Virus record (IMG/VR): IMGVR_UViG_3300033553_000372
Span: 1-64,000 of that record
Direction: 5' to 3' (one strand)
Source: a virus
Length of the DNA: 64,000 nucleotides
Under the pieces are notes generated by a model. That model was not told the DNA's origin, searched no databases, and worked only from the letters and a program-made list of their open reading frames with translations. Position numbers and translations under genes: made by a program. Positions 47,354 to 56,603 of the stretch are shown here, in pieces. Position 1 is the stretch's first letter, and every line of letters starts with the position of its first letter.

Positions 47354-47540
47354 TCAACACATTATTAGAACAGGCGATAAGGTTCTTTCTTTAGATAATA
47401 AAAGATTAACAGTTGTTCATCTTGTAAACTCTAATGGGCAACTTTGTTTATATGAATCAGTTTCTAATATAAAAGAGGTTTTTTTATTTAATGGTAATGA
47501 GAATATAAAATTAAAAATTAATGAGATAAAAATAGTATAG
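47346..47540 (+). CDS. Hypothetical protein
   Basis: 64-aa ORF overlapping the upstream stop. Confidence 0.55.
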   Translation: MNSQHIIRTGDKVLSLDNKRLTVVHLVNSNGQLCLYESVSNIKEVFLFNGNENIKLKINEIKIV

Positions 47541-47548
47541 GAGCAAGT

Positions 47549-47953
47549 ATGTTTAGCATTGAAGAATTAGGACAGATTAAGGTTAAGAAATTGGCTACTC
47601 TTTTAGAAAAGGGGTCGCGACAGATTAATTTAAGACTACAAGATTTTGTTGATAATACAAATAAAGATCTAGCTTTATATAAAACTAGAGTTGATAACAT
47701 GTATAACCACTTAATGAGAACTTTTCTAGTTGGATTAGAAAAAAGATTATATGGTTGTGAAGTTGTTTCTAAAGCTTCACTTGAGGTTATTTATGTTAAG
47801 TTCTTTGAGTTAGAGAAATTAAAAGATCCATCATTTAATATGGAATTTAATGAATATACAAGAAGAACTAATGAGCAAGTCCAAGCTCATATCAATAAAA
47901 TAATGGAAGAAGAAGAAGCTAAAACAAAAAAAGAAAATAAAGATGAAGCTTAA
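47549..47953 (+). CDS. Hypothetical helical protein
   Basis: AGGAG SD, 134 aa. Confidence 0.7.
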   Translation: MFSIEELGQIKVKKLATLLEKGSRQINLRLQDFVDNTNKDLALYKTRVDNMYNHLMRTFLVGLEKRLYGCEVVSKASLEVIYVKFFELEKLKDPSFNMEFNEYTRRTNEQVQAHINKIMEEEEAKTKKENKDEA

Positions 47954-48143
47954 GAACCCATTTGCTAAAAAGAAATCAAAAGAAAAAGTTACAGATGAGC
48001 AGTTAGAATCTGCTCGTCAACTTATAGATAGTATCCTATACCCAAAAATAACCAAAGATCTAAAGATTTTAAATGATTTCTTAAAAGATAAGAAGATTCA
48101 GATAGGTATGGATATCACTTGGATATTTCAAAAGATCGAATAG
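47943..48143 (+). CDS. Hypothetical protein
   Basis: 66-aa overlapping ORF. Confidence 0.6.
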   Translation: MKLKNPFAKKKSKEKVTDEQLESARQLIDSILYPKITKDLKILNDFLKDKKIQIGMDITWIFQKIE

Positions 48144-48207
48144 AAAAATGAAAATAAATTAAAATAAAGTAATATTTTATATTATAGTTAACCAAGAGGA
48201 ATATAAA

Positions 48208-48561
48208 ATGTTAGTTAAAACCTTTTCATTCAACAGAATCCAAAAAACAATCTCTGCAATTGAAGATCAGATCAATGAATTTTTAGTTGAAAATACACTT
48301 AAGTTCGCTACCCAAAATGAATCTGCAGTTAAAGGAAAATTTGTAGTTTCTTTATTTCACGAGCAAAAGAAAGGAAATATTAGAGCTAAAGTTTTTAAGA
48401 GTCAATCAGCTACTCATATCGATGAAATGGTAAATGAATTTTTGAATGAACATGATATGAAACTAGTTACACAAACATTTGTTGGATCGAATATTTATAC
48501 GATCATTTTCTATGTCGAGAAGAAATCAACGCAAGCCCCAATATCAGAAGATAATATTTAA
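48208..48561 (+). CDS. Hypothetical protein with an internal duplicated domain (Cse60-like pattern)
   Basis: VKTF...IEDQINEFL and AKVF...IDEMVNEFL halves. Confidence 0.65.
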   Translation: MLVKTFSFNRIQKTISAIEDQINEFLVENTLKFATQNESAVKGKFVVSLFHEQKKGNIRAKVFKSQSATHIDEMVNEFLNEHDMKLVTQTFVGSNIYTIIFYVEKKSTQAPISEDNI

Positions 48562-48576
48562 CATTAGGTAAAATAT

Positions 48577-49164
48577 ATGGCTAAGATGGCTAGAAATAAG
48601 ACAAGGAATGCTTTACTAGCTTTATCAGAGGCAGAGTCTAATAAAATTGGATTAGAAGTTGAAAGATTAATTCATAATGAAATGTCGTTTATTGTTAATA
48701 AATATATTTATAAGTATAAAAACGCAGCAGCCGATACTTTTGGTTGGGACTCAGACGATTTACTTCAACATATTCGTATACTTATGTGGAGAGGTGTAGC
48801 CACTTTCAATCCAGAAAGAAAATTGAAAATGACTACATATTTATCATCGATTCTTTATTATCAAATGGGTAATCTCTCAAAAAAGATTTCATCAAAGAAA
48901 AACTCTCAATCAAAACTTTATTGCCCAGAAGTATTTTTTGACTCAGATGAAATGATAGACTTTACAACAGCAGAAGATTGGTTATTATATGCTAGAAAAT
49001 TTGAGCATCTAATTGGTAAACTAACTGATTTAGAAACTAAAGTATTAGTGCAACACTTAATATATGGACATACACTATCTGATATGGAAACAAAACTGTC
49101 AGTAAAAAAAATAGACCTAATTAAATCAATTAAAGTTATTAAAATAAAAATGGAGAGCATTTAA
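48577..49164 (+). CDS. Sigma70-family-like factor 2
   Basis: DDLLQ...MWRG..TFNPER..KMTTY region 2; LTDLE..VL...I.G.TL.D region 4. Confidence 0.75.
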   Translation: MAKMARNKTRNALLALSEAESNKIGLEVERLIHNEMSFIVNKYIYKYKNAAADTFGWDSDDLLQHIRILMWRGVATFNPERKLKMTTYLSSILYYQMGNLSKKISSKKNSQSKLYCPEVFFDSDEMIDFTTAEDWLLYARKFEHLIGKLTDLETKVLVQHLIYGHTLSDMETKLSVKKIDLIKSIKVIKIKMESI

Positions 49165-49496
49165 TGAGAGAGCAAATCTATATTCATAATGATGAGCAAG
49201 CTTGCATCGTTCTTTCTAAAGATCATCATAACGCGATTGTAGTTCAGTTAGCAGTTTATGTTTTTACTTTAGTTCCAAATATAGATAATCAACTTATTTA
49301 TAGCAGAAACACTAAAGTTATCTATGAAGCAATTATAGCCACTACTACACATAACTTTAAAAACGCGGTAGCTGATAGTATAAAATTAGCTCAACATAAA
49401 TTATCTGAAGTTCAACAACAACATAAAGTTTTAGACGGTGTGTTGAATGATTATTACAGCGCATATCGAGATTTAAATGAACCAAGAGAACAATAG
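49164..49496 (+). CDS. Hypothetical protein
   Basis: Coupled ORF, GGAG SD. Confidence 0.65.
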   Translation: MREQIYIHNDEQACIVLSKDHHNAIVVQLAVYVFTLVPNIDNQLIYSRNTKVIYEAIIATTTHNFKNAVADSIKLAQHKLSEVQQQHKVLDGVLNDYYSAYRDLNEPREQ

Positions 49497-50139
49497 TATT
49501 CCAGAGTTAGAAAAAGAAAAGGTTGAAGAAATTCAAGCCGAAGTAAAAGACTCTATTCCAAATAACGGAAAGAATTTCTATACTGAACTGGTTAAGTCGA
49601 TGTTGGTAGATTATGTTGTTAATGACTTATCTGTTCAACAACTATCTGACAAATACCATATCACGATTGAGATTGCAAGAAAAATTTATAAAGGTTATTC
49701 ATTTCAAAAGAGAAAAGAAGACTATCAAAATAAATTATATGATGCTGTATTAAAGAAGGTAGCCAAATCTCAAACTGGACTAATAGCTAAAATAACTGAA
49801 GCAATAACTATTCAAGTAAATAGGATATTACTACTTCAAGCAAAAGATCCAACATATATGATTTCAAATAATAATATGAAGGACTTACTTTCTTCTCTAA
49901 CGATTTTTACTAGAGAATTTAAAGACTCAACAAATCCAGCTAATGATAAGCGCGTTGTTAATATAAATGTTGAAATGCCTAATTATATTCCAATAGTTAC
50001 AGATAACAATAAAACAATAGTTGATATTAATAATGAAGAGCCAATTAATGTTGAGCCCGAAATAAAAGAACAATCAAAAGAAGAAATAAAAGTAGAGATA
50101 CCAGAATCAGAAGATTTATTTGGTGGATTCGTTGAATGA
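49477..50139 (+). CDS. Terminase small subunit (putative)
   Basis: N-terminal HTH (LSVQQLSDKYHIT), helical core, overlaps the TerL start. Confidence 0.65.
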   Translation: MNQENNSIPELEKEKVEEIQAEVKDSIPNNGKNFYTELVKSMLVDYVVNDLSVQQLSDKYHITIEIARKIYKGYSFQKRKEDYQNKLYDAVLKKVAKSQTGLIAKITEAITIQVNRILLLQAKDPTYMISNNNMKDLLSSLTIFTREFKDSTNPANDKRVVNINVEMPNYIPIVTDNNKTIVDINNEEPINVEPEIKEQSKEEIKVEIPESEDLFGGFVE

Positions 50140-51521
50140 AAACGGCTACAATAAAAATAAACTATGAGCCACATGAAGGACAAAAAGAAGTTCTGCAACA
50201 AATCATGGAGTCCGGCGCAGATGTAATTGTTATTGTTTGTTCACGTGGTTGGGGTAAAACACTTTTTGTTTCCTGTTCTATAGTTCTTCCTCCAATATTA
50301 AAACACGCTAATCTTCAAGTTTGTTGGATCGCACCAAATTATAAGATTGCAAAGGCTCCAATTGAAGATGTTTTCTTTGGTGTTAATGAAAATACTGGTG
50401 AAAGATTTATAAATGATAAATGTCCTGAAACTGGATTTGTTTTCTTTGAACATAAAAAAGGAGACAATGAGCTTCATTTTTGGAATGATTCAAAATTATT
50501 TTTAAGATCTGCTGATGCACCAGAATCTATCGTATCAAAAGGATATAACTTAGTTATTATAGATGAAGCAGCTTTAATTTCAAAAACAGTATTTCAACAA
50601 AATATATTACCAATTGCTAGAAAAAAGAATTGTAAGATTGTATTGATCACAACTCCGCGTGGAAAAAATTGGGTGTATCATTTATTTTTAGATGGTAAAG
50701 ATCCAGCAAAGAAAAGATATTTTGCTGCCCAACAACCGTGGAACAAGAGACCAGATTATCCACCTTTATTAATTGATTTAATGAAAGACTTACCAGATCA
50801 TGTAAGGCGTCAAGAGTTCGGAGCAGAATTTATTGATGGTGGTGGCGGTATCTTTAAAAATATGGATGGAATTTTTAGAGGTAAATTGATAGAGTTTGCT
50901 TCAGATCAGCAAGAATGGTATGATCCAAAATGGAAAAATATATCTTCAGAAGAAGCTACAATTATGGCTATCGACTGGGCTAAATCTGTAGACTTTACTG
51001 TTATATCGATATTTTCTCTAACGACTAAGAAAATGATTTATTATGCTAGATTAAATAAAACTGATTATAAAACTGTTTTAGAAAAATGTTCTTTACTTGG
51101 TACAAGATTTAATTGCACTGATATGATTTATGATGCGACTGGAGTCGGTAGTGGTTTAACAGATTTTATTCCAGCAGAATTTAATGCAGTACCATATGTC
51201 TTTACTAATCAATCTAAAAACGATTTAATTAATAAACTAATTATGTCATTTGAATATGGAATTTTAGATATACCAAATATTGCGACGATTAGAAATGAGT
51301 TTGAAATTTTAGAAGTTTCATTTACAAAAACTGGAAAGTTTAGCTATGAAGCTCCAGATAGTAAACATGACGACTGTGTTATGTCAATTGCATTAGCTAA
51401 CTTCTACATCGAGGATAATACTGGCGTTGGTGAAGTAGGTGAAATTGATAGCATTATTGATACCTATACACAAGCTCGTAGGTCAATTCTAGATGATGAA
51501 GATGATGACGAATATAATTAA
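50136..51521 (+). CDS. terL: Terminase large subunit
   Basis: PHEGQ, SRGWGKT, IIDEAA, TTPRG, QEFGAEF, AIDWAK..DFT, HDDCV. Confidence 0.95.
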   Translation: MKTATIKINYEPHEGQKEVLQQIMESGADVIVIVCSRGWGKTLFVSCSIVLPPILKHANLQVCWIAPNYKIAKAPIEDVFFGVNENTGERFINDKCPETGFVFFEHKKGDNELHFWNDSKLFLRSADAPESIVSKGYNLVIIDEAALISKTVFQQNILPIARKKNCKIVLITTPRGKNWVYHLFLDGKDPAKKRYFAAQQPWNKRPDYPPLLIDLMKDLPDHVRRQEFGAEFIDGGGGIFKNMDGIFRGKLIEFASDQQEWYDPKWKNISSEEATIMAIDWAKSVDFTVISIFSLTTKKMIYYARLNKTDYKTVLEKCSLLGTRFNCTDMIYDATGVGSGLTDFIPAEFNAVPYVFTNQSKNDLINKLIMSFEYGILDIPNIATIRNEFEILEVSFTKTGKFSYEAPDSKHDDCVMSIALANFYIEDNTGVGEVGEIDSIIDTYTQARRSILDDEDDDEYN

Positions 51522-51593
51522 TAACTTATAAGTATTTAATATCATTCATAATAAAATCAACAACTTACACTTAAAATAAATTCAACAAACATT

Positions 51594-51666
51594 AAATTAA
51601 TGTTTACATTATCTGTAAACTATAGTATAATGAATTAACAGCAACAAAACAAAAGGTTGATTATGA
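51594..51666 (+). promoter_or_regulatory. Early sigma70-type promoter plus leader, copy 1
   Basis: TTTACA(51603)-17 nt-TATAAT(51626); leader identical to copy 2. Confidence 0.88.
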
Positions 51667-51920
51667 ACGAATTAAACAAAATGACTCTTGAAGAATTAAC
51701 TCTACTTAATAGAAAAGTTGTAGAACAAATTAAATTTTTACAAACTCAAAAGCAAGCAATTGCAGCAACAGCATTTAGAATTGGTGATAAAGCTTTTTTC
51801 GTATCAAAATTTGGAGAAAAAGTTGAAGGTGAGATTTTAAAAGTTAATATTAAATCAATTAAAGTTAAAACTGAAAAAGGAATGTGGAACGTTTCACCAT
51901 CACTTTTAACAAAAATATAA
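51663..51920 (+). CDS. Early hypothetical protein (SH3-like C-terminus)
   Basis: ATG after the AAGG SD of the duplicated leader; FRIGD..F...GEI.KVN.KS..V...WNVSPSLL. Confidence 0.75.
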   Translation: MNELNKMTLEELTLLNRKVVEQIKFLQTQKQAIAATAFRIGDKAFFVSKFGEKVEGEILKVNIKSIKVKTEKGMWNVSPSLLTKI

Positions 51921-51929
51921 GAGGTTTAT

Positions 51930-52097
51930 ATGTTAACAAATAAAGAAGTAAACAAAGTTGTTAAAGAATTAGAAGAATTAATTGTTAAGTGTGATGATGA
52001 AGACCAAAGAGCAAGAATGTTTATCTTAATTAAAAAATATAAGAAACTGCAAAGAGAAACTAGACAACTAAATAAAATCCTAAAAAAAGGAGAATAG
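51930..52097 (+). CDS. Small hypothetical protein (55 aa, below cutoff)
   Basis: GAGG SD; MLTNKEVNKVVKELEELIVKC...KKGE*. Confidence 0.75.
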   Translation: MLTNKEVNKVVKELEELIVKCDDEDQRARMFILIKKYKKLQRETRQLNKILKKGE

Positions 52098-52098
52098 T

Positions 52099-52380
52099 TT
52101 GAAAACAATAAGTGAAGTATTTAAAGAACAAAACAGAACAAGATTTAGTGCATTAAAACAAAAACACTTTGATTTTATAATTGCTTATTTAGAGTATAAT
52201 CAAAATAAAGAGTTTCATGCATTTCATCATGACTTAAATAGAGTTTTTTTAGACAATAAGCCTGAAATACTAAATGAAGTTGTGTATGAGTATGAAGCAG
52301 TTTGTCCAAATAAGAAAAACATTGGAGTAGTTCAAGAATTTATCTCTAATGTTTTCAATGAATTTAAAAAGCAAGGATAA
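52099..52380 (+). CDS. Hypothetical protein
   Basis: TTG start with AGGAG SD. Confidence 0.7.
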   Translation: MKTISEVFKEQNRTRFSALKQKHFDFIIAYLEYNQNKEFHAFHHDLNRVFLDNKPEILNEVVYEYEAVCPNKKNIGVVQEFISNVFNEFKKQG

Positions 52381-52385
52381 TTTAT

Positions 52386-52634
52386 ATGATAATGAAACAA
52401 CCATTCGGACCATTCTTAAAAGAGATTAGAGAAAAACATAGTCTTTCACAAGCTCAAATGGCCGATATATTAGGTTTTAATAACTCTCAATCTATAGCAA
52501 TTCTTGAAGGTGGTAGAAAAATGTTACCACTTCAAAAGTATGAATCTTTTTGTAAATTTTTTCACATAAATCTAAAAGAGTTTACTTTTGAAATGTATCA
52601 ACAAACTTTAGTTTTTAAAGCCAAAGAAGATTAA
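52386..52634 (+). CDS. XRE-family HTH protein
   Basis: LKEIREKHSLSQAQMADILG...IAILEGG. Confidence 0.85.
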   Translation: MIMKQPFGPFLKEIREKHSLSQAQMADILGFNNSQSIAILEGGRKMLPLQKYESFCKFFHINLKEFTFEMYQQTLVFKAKED

Positions 52635-52673
52635 TTAGTAGTATAACCCCAATACAAAATATTGGAGAGTTAT

Positions 52674-53273
52674 ATGGATTATATCGAGTTTTTTAAAGGT
52701 AAAAAAATTGTAGCAGTTGATGCTGAATGTTTAAGAGATGTAAAGCCTCCTTTTTCTTTTCAAGCTTCAGAGTATTTAGGTAACGCAGTTACGTGTTCAT
52801 TAACTAATGATGGTGAATATCGTGATTGGGTAGAATCTAGAACAATGACTAACTTCTTTTCATACTTAAATTCATTTGATTATGTTGTAGGATATAACAC
52901 TCTTAATTTTGATTATCCATTATGGGGTGGTGAAGTTAAAACTCCAGAACATCTTGCAGCTAGAAAATTATTTCAAACAGCTTTAAAAGGAAAGACAATT
53001 GATCTTTGTTTAGACTTTCATAAAGCAGTTGGCCAAAGAGTAGGTCTTAATTCTGTATCTGTTCCAACGCTTGGTGATATGAAAGAAATGGAAGGTGGAT
53101 TTGCGCCTCAATTGTGGCGTGAAGGAAAATGTATGGAAGTAATCCAATATTGTAGGGGTGATGTGAGAAGAACAATGGACCTTTTTATGTTAGTAGTTAA
53201 TGGTCAAAAATTAAAACATAAGAAAAAAGATGGAAACGTTATAGAGTTTTCTTCTAATATTGAGATTAGATAA
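52674..53273 (+). CDS. DnaQ/RNase H-like 3'-5' exonuclease
   Basis: VDAE (ExoI), GYN..NFD (ExoII), YC..DV (ExoIII). Confidence 0.8.
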   Translation: MDYIEFFKGKKIVAVDAECLRDVKPPFSFQASEYLGNAVTCSLTNDGEYRDWVESRTMTNFFSYLNSFDYVVGYNTLNFDYPLWGGEVKTPEHLAARKLFQTALKGKTIDLCLDFHKAVGQRVGLNSVSVPTLGDMKEMEGGFAPQLWREGKCMEVIQYCRGDVRRTMDLFMLVVNGQKLKHKKKDGNVIEFSSNIEIR

Positions 53274-53339
53274 TAGCTCTTCCATGAGCCTTAATATCTT
53301 CCGTGACATAATATAAGTACATTAAATGAGGAGCTTCAC

Positions 53340-53600
53340 ATTATTTTTTCAACTTCTGAAATTATATTAATATTTGGTTTTGTTGCCTCATCTATTTATG
53401 GATTTAGATTATATATAAGAAACAATGCGTTAACTAATTTATATGCCTCATCAAGAGAATATAATTATCATATTATTGAAATGTATAATGTGAACGTTAA
53501 TACCTTATCAAGATTAATAGATAGTTTAGATGAAACATCAAAAGCATTATTAAATTGCCAAATAGAACTAATGAAAGAAAAATCTAACAATAAAGTGTAA
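53340..53600 (+). CDS. Putative membrane protein with non-canonical ATT start (not in ORF track)
   Basis: GAGGAG SD 6 nt before ATT; 86-aa open frame with N-terminal TM helix; in-frame TGA upstream. Confidence 0.55.
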   Translation: MIFSTSEIILIFGFVASSIYGFRLYIRNNALTNLYASSREYNYHIIEMYNVNVNTLSRLIDSLDETSKALLNCQIELMKEKSNNKV

Positions 53601-53626
53601 AAATCTCTGCAAAGGAGATAAATACC

Positions 53627-53881
53627 ATGGATGGTATCGAAAAAAGTTCTCTTATCGCTCTTAATAATAAAAAAATTAGAGAGCTTGAAAGAAAAAATCA
53701 AATTTATCGTTTAGCTTTAGAGAATTATGCTAACCCGCTATATCCATATGATAATGGAGAATTAGCCAGACAGTCCTTATTAAAATCAAGTAACAAAAAA
53801 TATAAACCAAAACGATTAGATGATTGTACTTTTGATGTAAGCTATTTACAATTTAATCTATTTGGAGAGACAGATGAATAA
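53627..53881 (+). CDS. Hypothetical protein with C-terminal QFNLF motif
   Basis: AAGGAG SD; ALENYA...DNGELAR pattern. Confidence 0.7.
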   Translation: MDGIEKSSLIALNNKKIRELERKNQIYRLALENYANPLYPYDNGELARQSLLKSSNKKYKPKRLDDCTFDVSYLQFNLFGETDE

Positions 53882-54500
53882 ACTAAAAGCTGATAAAAAT
53901 GATTTGATTAACTTTTCTATATCCAAACTAAAGGATTACGAAGGTTGTCCAGACGCCTCAAAGCTCTTGTTTAAGCATTTTGGAGACCAAGTTGATAGTC
54001 TATTCAACCACGAACAATACGTCCTCAAGCTTATATTAGAACATAATAAGCCTCATTGGGCTATTAATTTTATTCTTAATTTGATTCATGAAGAGTATAG
54101 ATTAAAGTTCTTTAATTTAGTTTTCAAAGACTGTTTAGATGAAATAAAAGATAAGAACTTATTGAAAGAATTAAAGAAAGGATTAAAGGCCCTAAAGAAT
54201 AATGAAGACTACGAATTAAAAGATATGATGGCTAAAAAGAAATTTGAAGCCGAAACCTTAGAGCAAGATATTCTTTTAAACGAAGAGAAGTATAATTTCA
54301 TTATGTTTCAAATAAAAACGATTGAGTCATTAATGAATTTATTATGTGATAAAGAAAAGAGATACACTCGCTCTCTAACTCTTGCTCTATCTAAAATTGC
54401 AGATGCAAAAAGCTATTTAGATATTTCTACTGCTAATGAAAACCTTAACAATAAACAAATAGCTCTTAAATTATTAGATTATTCAGGAATATTTAAATGA
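53874..54500 (+). CDS. Hypothetical protein
   Basis: GGAG SD before ATG 53874. Confidence 0.7.
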   Translation: MNKLKADKNDLINFSISKLKDYEGCPDASKLLFKHFGDQVDSLFNHEQYVLKLILEHNKPHWAINFILNLIHEEYRLKFFNLVFKDCLDEIKDKNLLKELKKGLKALKNNEDYELKDMMAKKKFEAETLEQDILLNEEKYNFIMFQIKTIESLMNLLCDKEKRYTRSLTLALSKIADAKSYLDISTANENLNNKQIALKLLDYSGIFK

Positions 54501-54742
54501 AAGTAAAAGATAGACTAAGGAATGGTCTTCATTTAAGAGATGCTTTACAAAGTAAATCAAATGCTAAGATGATTATTAATGGCCACGAAATATTAGTTAA
54601 AGACTATATGTTAGATCCACAAAAATATAATTCTCTTCCAATGGCTAAAGAATATGTGGAAGAAATAATCCAAACATGTGAACAAAACAAACTAGACAAA
54701 GCTAAAATTATTGAATTAAATCATTATGAAAGTCTAGAATAA
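54497..54742 (+). CDS. Hypothetical protein
   Basis: ATGA-coupled ORF. Confidence 0.65.
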   Translation: MKVKDRLRNGLHLRDALQSKSNAKMIINGHEILVKDYMLDPQKYNSLPMAKEYVEEIIQTCEQNKLDKAKIIELNHYESLE

Positions 54743-54793
54743 AGTTATTTTAAAAATAGAGTACTATTGCTTTTATAATAAAGGAGCAATAGT

Positions 54794-55084
54794 ATGGACA
54801 TCGATAAATTTAATGAAGAAATTGGTAAAGTTATGGTCTCTCTTGGAGAAGACTTAATTGTTATTGATGATTCAAAACAATATGAAGAAGTAATTCCTAA
54901 GATGGATTTAGTTATTGAAAATGCTAAGGCTGCTGTAGATTCTATCTATAACCTATGTAAAACAAAACAAATTACTGCAACAGGTCCTCAAGTATTTTCT
55001 GAGTTTGTTTTGCAAGCCTCACTATTATTAGTAAAATATAACAACATGTCTGAAATAATAACAAATGGAGAAGAAAATGCTTAA
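54794..55084 (+). CDS. Hypothetical protein
   Basis: AAGGAG SD. Confidence 0.7.
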   Translation: MDIDKFNEEIGKVMVSLGEDLIVIDDSKQYEEVIPKMDLVIENAKAAVDSIYNLCKTKQITATGPQVFSEFVLQASLLLVKYNNMSEIITNGEENA

Positions 55085-55517
55085 TGAAACAGAAGTAGAA
55101 TCAAATAATAATCAACCAATTCCAGATGCTCCGGTAACAAATGTTCGACCACCTAAAATTGAAGAGTCTGAAGTAAAAGAAGCTTTAATTTTTGAATTAA
55201 CAGATTCAGAGATTCTAAAAATAGCTAAATCAACTTCTCTTTTGGCCGTTCTTCAAAGAGAAAAAGAATCTTCTTTAAAGAATATTGTGGAAGATAAGAA
55301 AGAAGAAATTAAAGGAATTATTTCAGATATTAAAATCAATCACAAATTAATTGAAACTGGAAAACAAGGTCGATTAGTTGATTGCATTAAAAGAATCGAC
55401 TTTGATCGTAAGATTGTTCAATGGTTATTTGCTGGTGTGGTAATGAAAGAGAGAAGCTTAGAGTCTTATGAAACGCCTCGTCCACAAGACAATACTACCT
55501 CTTCTGTTAATCAATAA
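55065..55517 (+). CDS. Hypothetical coiled-coil protein
   Basis: 150-aa ORF; true start possibly 55077. Confidence 0.7.
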   Translation: MEKKMLNETEVESNNNQPIPDAPVTNVRPPKIEESEVKEALIFELTDSEILKIAKSTSLLAVLQREKESSLKNIVEDKKEEIKGIISDIKINHKLIETGKQGRLVDCIKRIDFDRKIVQWLFAGVVMKERSLESYETPRPQDNTTSSVNQ

Positions 55518-55526
55518 GGATATAAT

Positions 55527-55742
55527 ATGAAATATGTTGTTAATGGTTATATTCCATTTGAAGTTGAAATAGAGGCCTTATCTCCAGAAGAAGCTAAAAC
55601 TCAAGCAATGGATCTATTTGATGCGGCTGAGTATGTTTCTTATAATGAGGTTAATCCAATTTTTAAAAGCGTAGCGCTATCTGACTCTGAAGAAGTAGAA
55701 GAAATAATTGAAGAAGATGAAGACTCAGAATATGATGATTAA
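55527..55742 (+). CDS. Small acidic hypothetical protein
   Basis: AAGGA SD; IEAxSxEEA motif. Confidence 0.7.
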   Translation: MKYVVNGYIPFEVEIEALSPEEAKTQAMDLFDAAEYVSYNEVNPIFKSVALSDSEEVEEIIEEDEDSEYDD

Positions 55743-55923
55743 AAATGCAGCAGCAATATTTCTATTTTCTCTAATTAGTATGTACTATTGTATGGTAGTT
55801 CCTTCTTTGTTGGATTCAAATAGTTATATTTTATTCTTTATTGGAATGATCAGCATTTCTCTCGTTATCTTTTTAATTTTAAAAAGTGTTTATTTATATT
55901 TAAGAAAGTATTTTTATATTTAA
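55708..55923 (+). CDS. Small two-TM membrane protein
   Basis: Two hydrophobic segments; true start probably near 55732. Confidence 0.55.
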   Translation: MKKMKTQNMMIKNAAAIFLFSLISMYYCMVVPSLLDSNSYILFFIGMISISLVIFLILKSVYLYLRKYFYI

Positions 55924-55952
55924 TGAGCCTTTCACACACGACTAAATATGGC

Positions 55953-55987
55953 AAATAGCCTTAATCTAAAAAATTAAGGCTATTTTT
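55953..55987 (+). terminator. Stem-loop/terminator
   Basis: AAATAGCCTTAAT-ctaaaaa-ATTAAGGCTATTT followed by TT. Confidence 0.7.
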
Positions 55988-56002
55988 ACAAAGGAGTCCA
56001 TA

Positions 56003-56362
56003 ATGATGGCATTAGTTTTTTCTCTCTGTTTTAATGTTAATCCAACTTTAATGAAATCTGTAATGAGAGTTGAATCTAACTTTCAAGAATCTGCAATATC
56101 TTCTGGTGGAGACTATGGCCTTATGCAAATAAGATTAAATACAGCAAAGCATTTCTGTAATATTAAAAATATTCCAACACTTATGAATCCATATAACAAT
56201 GTAGAATGTGGATGTAAGATACTACACTCTCTTTCTAAGAGATATAAAGGAAAAGTTCCATTAATAATTTCAGCTTATAATGCTGGAACAGCTACCTCAA
56301 CTAATAAAGAATATGTTAAACTAGTTTTAAAATATAAGGACCTATATGCAAGAACAAATTAA
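56003..56362 (+). CDS. Soluble lytic transglycosylase (SLT domain)
   Basis: VES, GLMQI and AYNAG motifs. Confidence 0.9.
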   Translation: MMALVFSLCFNVNPTLMKSVMRVESNFQESAISSGGDYGLMQIRLNTAKHFCNIKNIPTLMNPYNNVECGCKILHSLSKRYKGKVPLIISAYNAGTATSTNKEYVKLVLKYKDLYARTN

Positions 56363-56603
56363 TTTACTAAAAGCTAAAAATCTAGACCTCAAAAGAGAAA
56401 ACTCTACCAAAACAGAAATTATTAAATCAATTTCACCTAAGCTTCAAGGTTATAAAAATAGAGACTGGCATCTTTTTAAATCTCTTAATGAGATAATGAA
56501 TAACCCAGATATAGATAAAGCAAAATCAGATATGAAAGTATTAATCGCCAATATGAAAGCAGGTATAACTAGTAACCTTTTGGTAGATAATGGATTCGAA
56601 TAA
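56346..56603 (+). CDS. Hypothetical protein
   Basis: AAGGA SD, overlapping ORF. Confidence 0.6.
   Translation: MQEQINLLKAKNLDLKRENSTKTEIIKSISPKLQGYKNRDWHLFKSLNEIMNNPDIDKAKSDMKVLIANMKAGITSNLLVDNGFE

Noticed and set aside
48160-48190. Possible middle-promoter motif AAGTAA...TATAGTTA (also near 29503-29530)
   Set aside because: Only two instances with inconsistent spacing in very AT-rich DNA.
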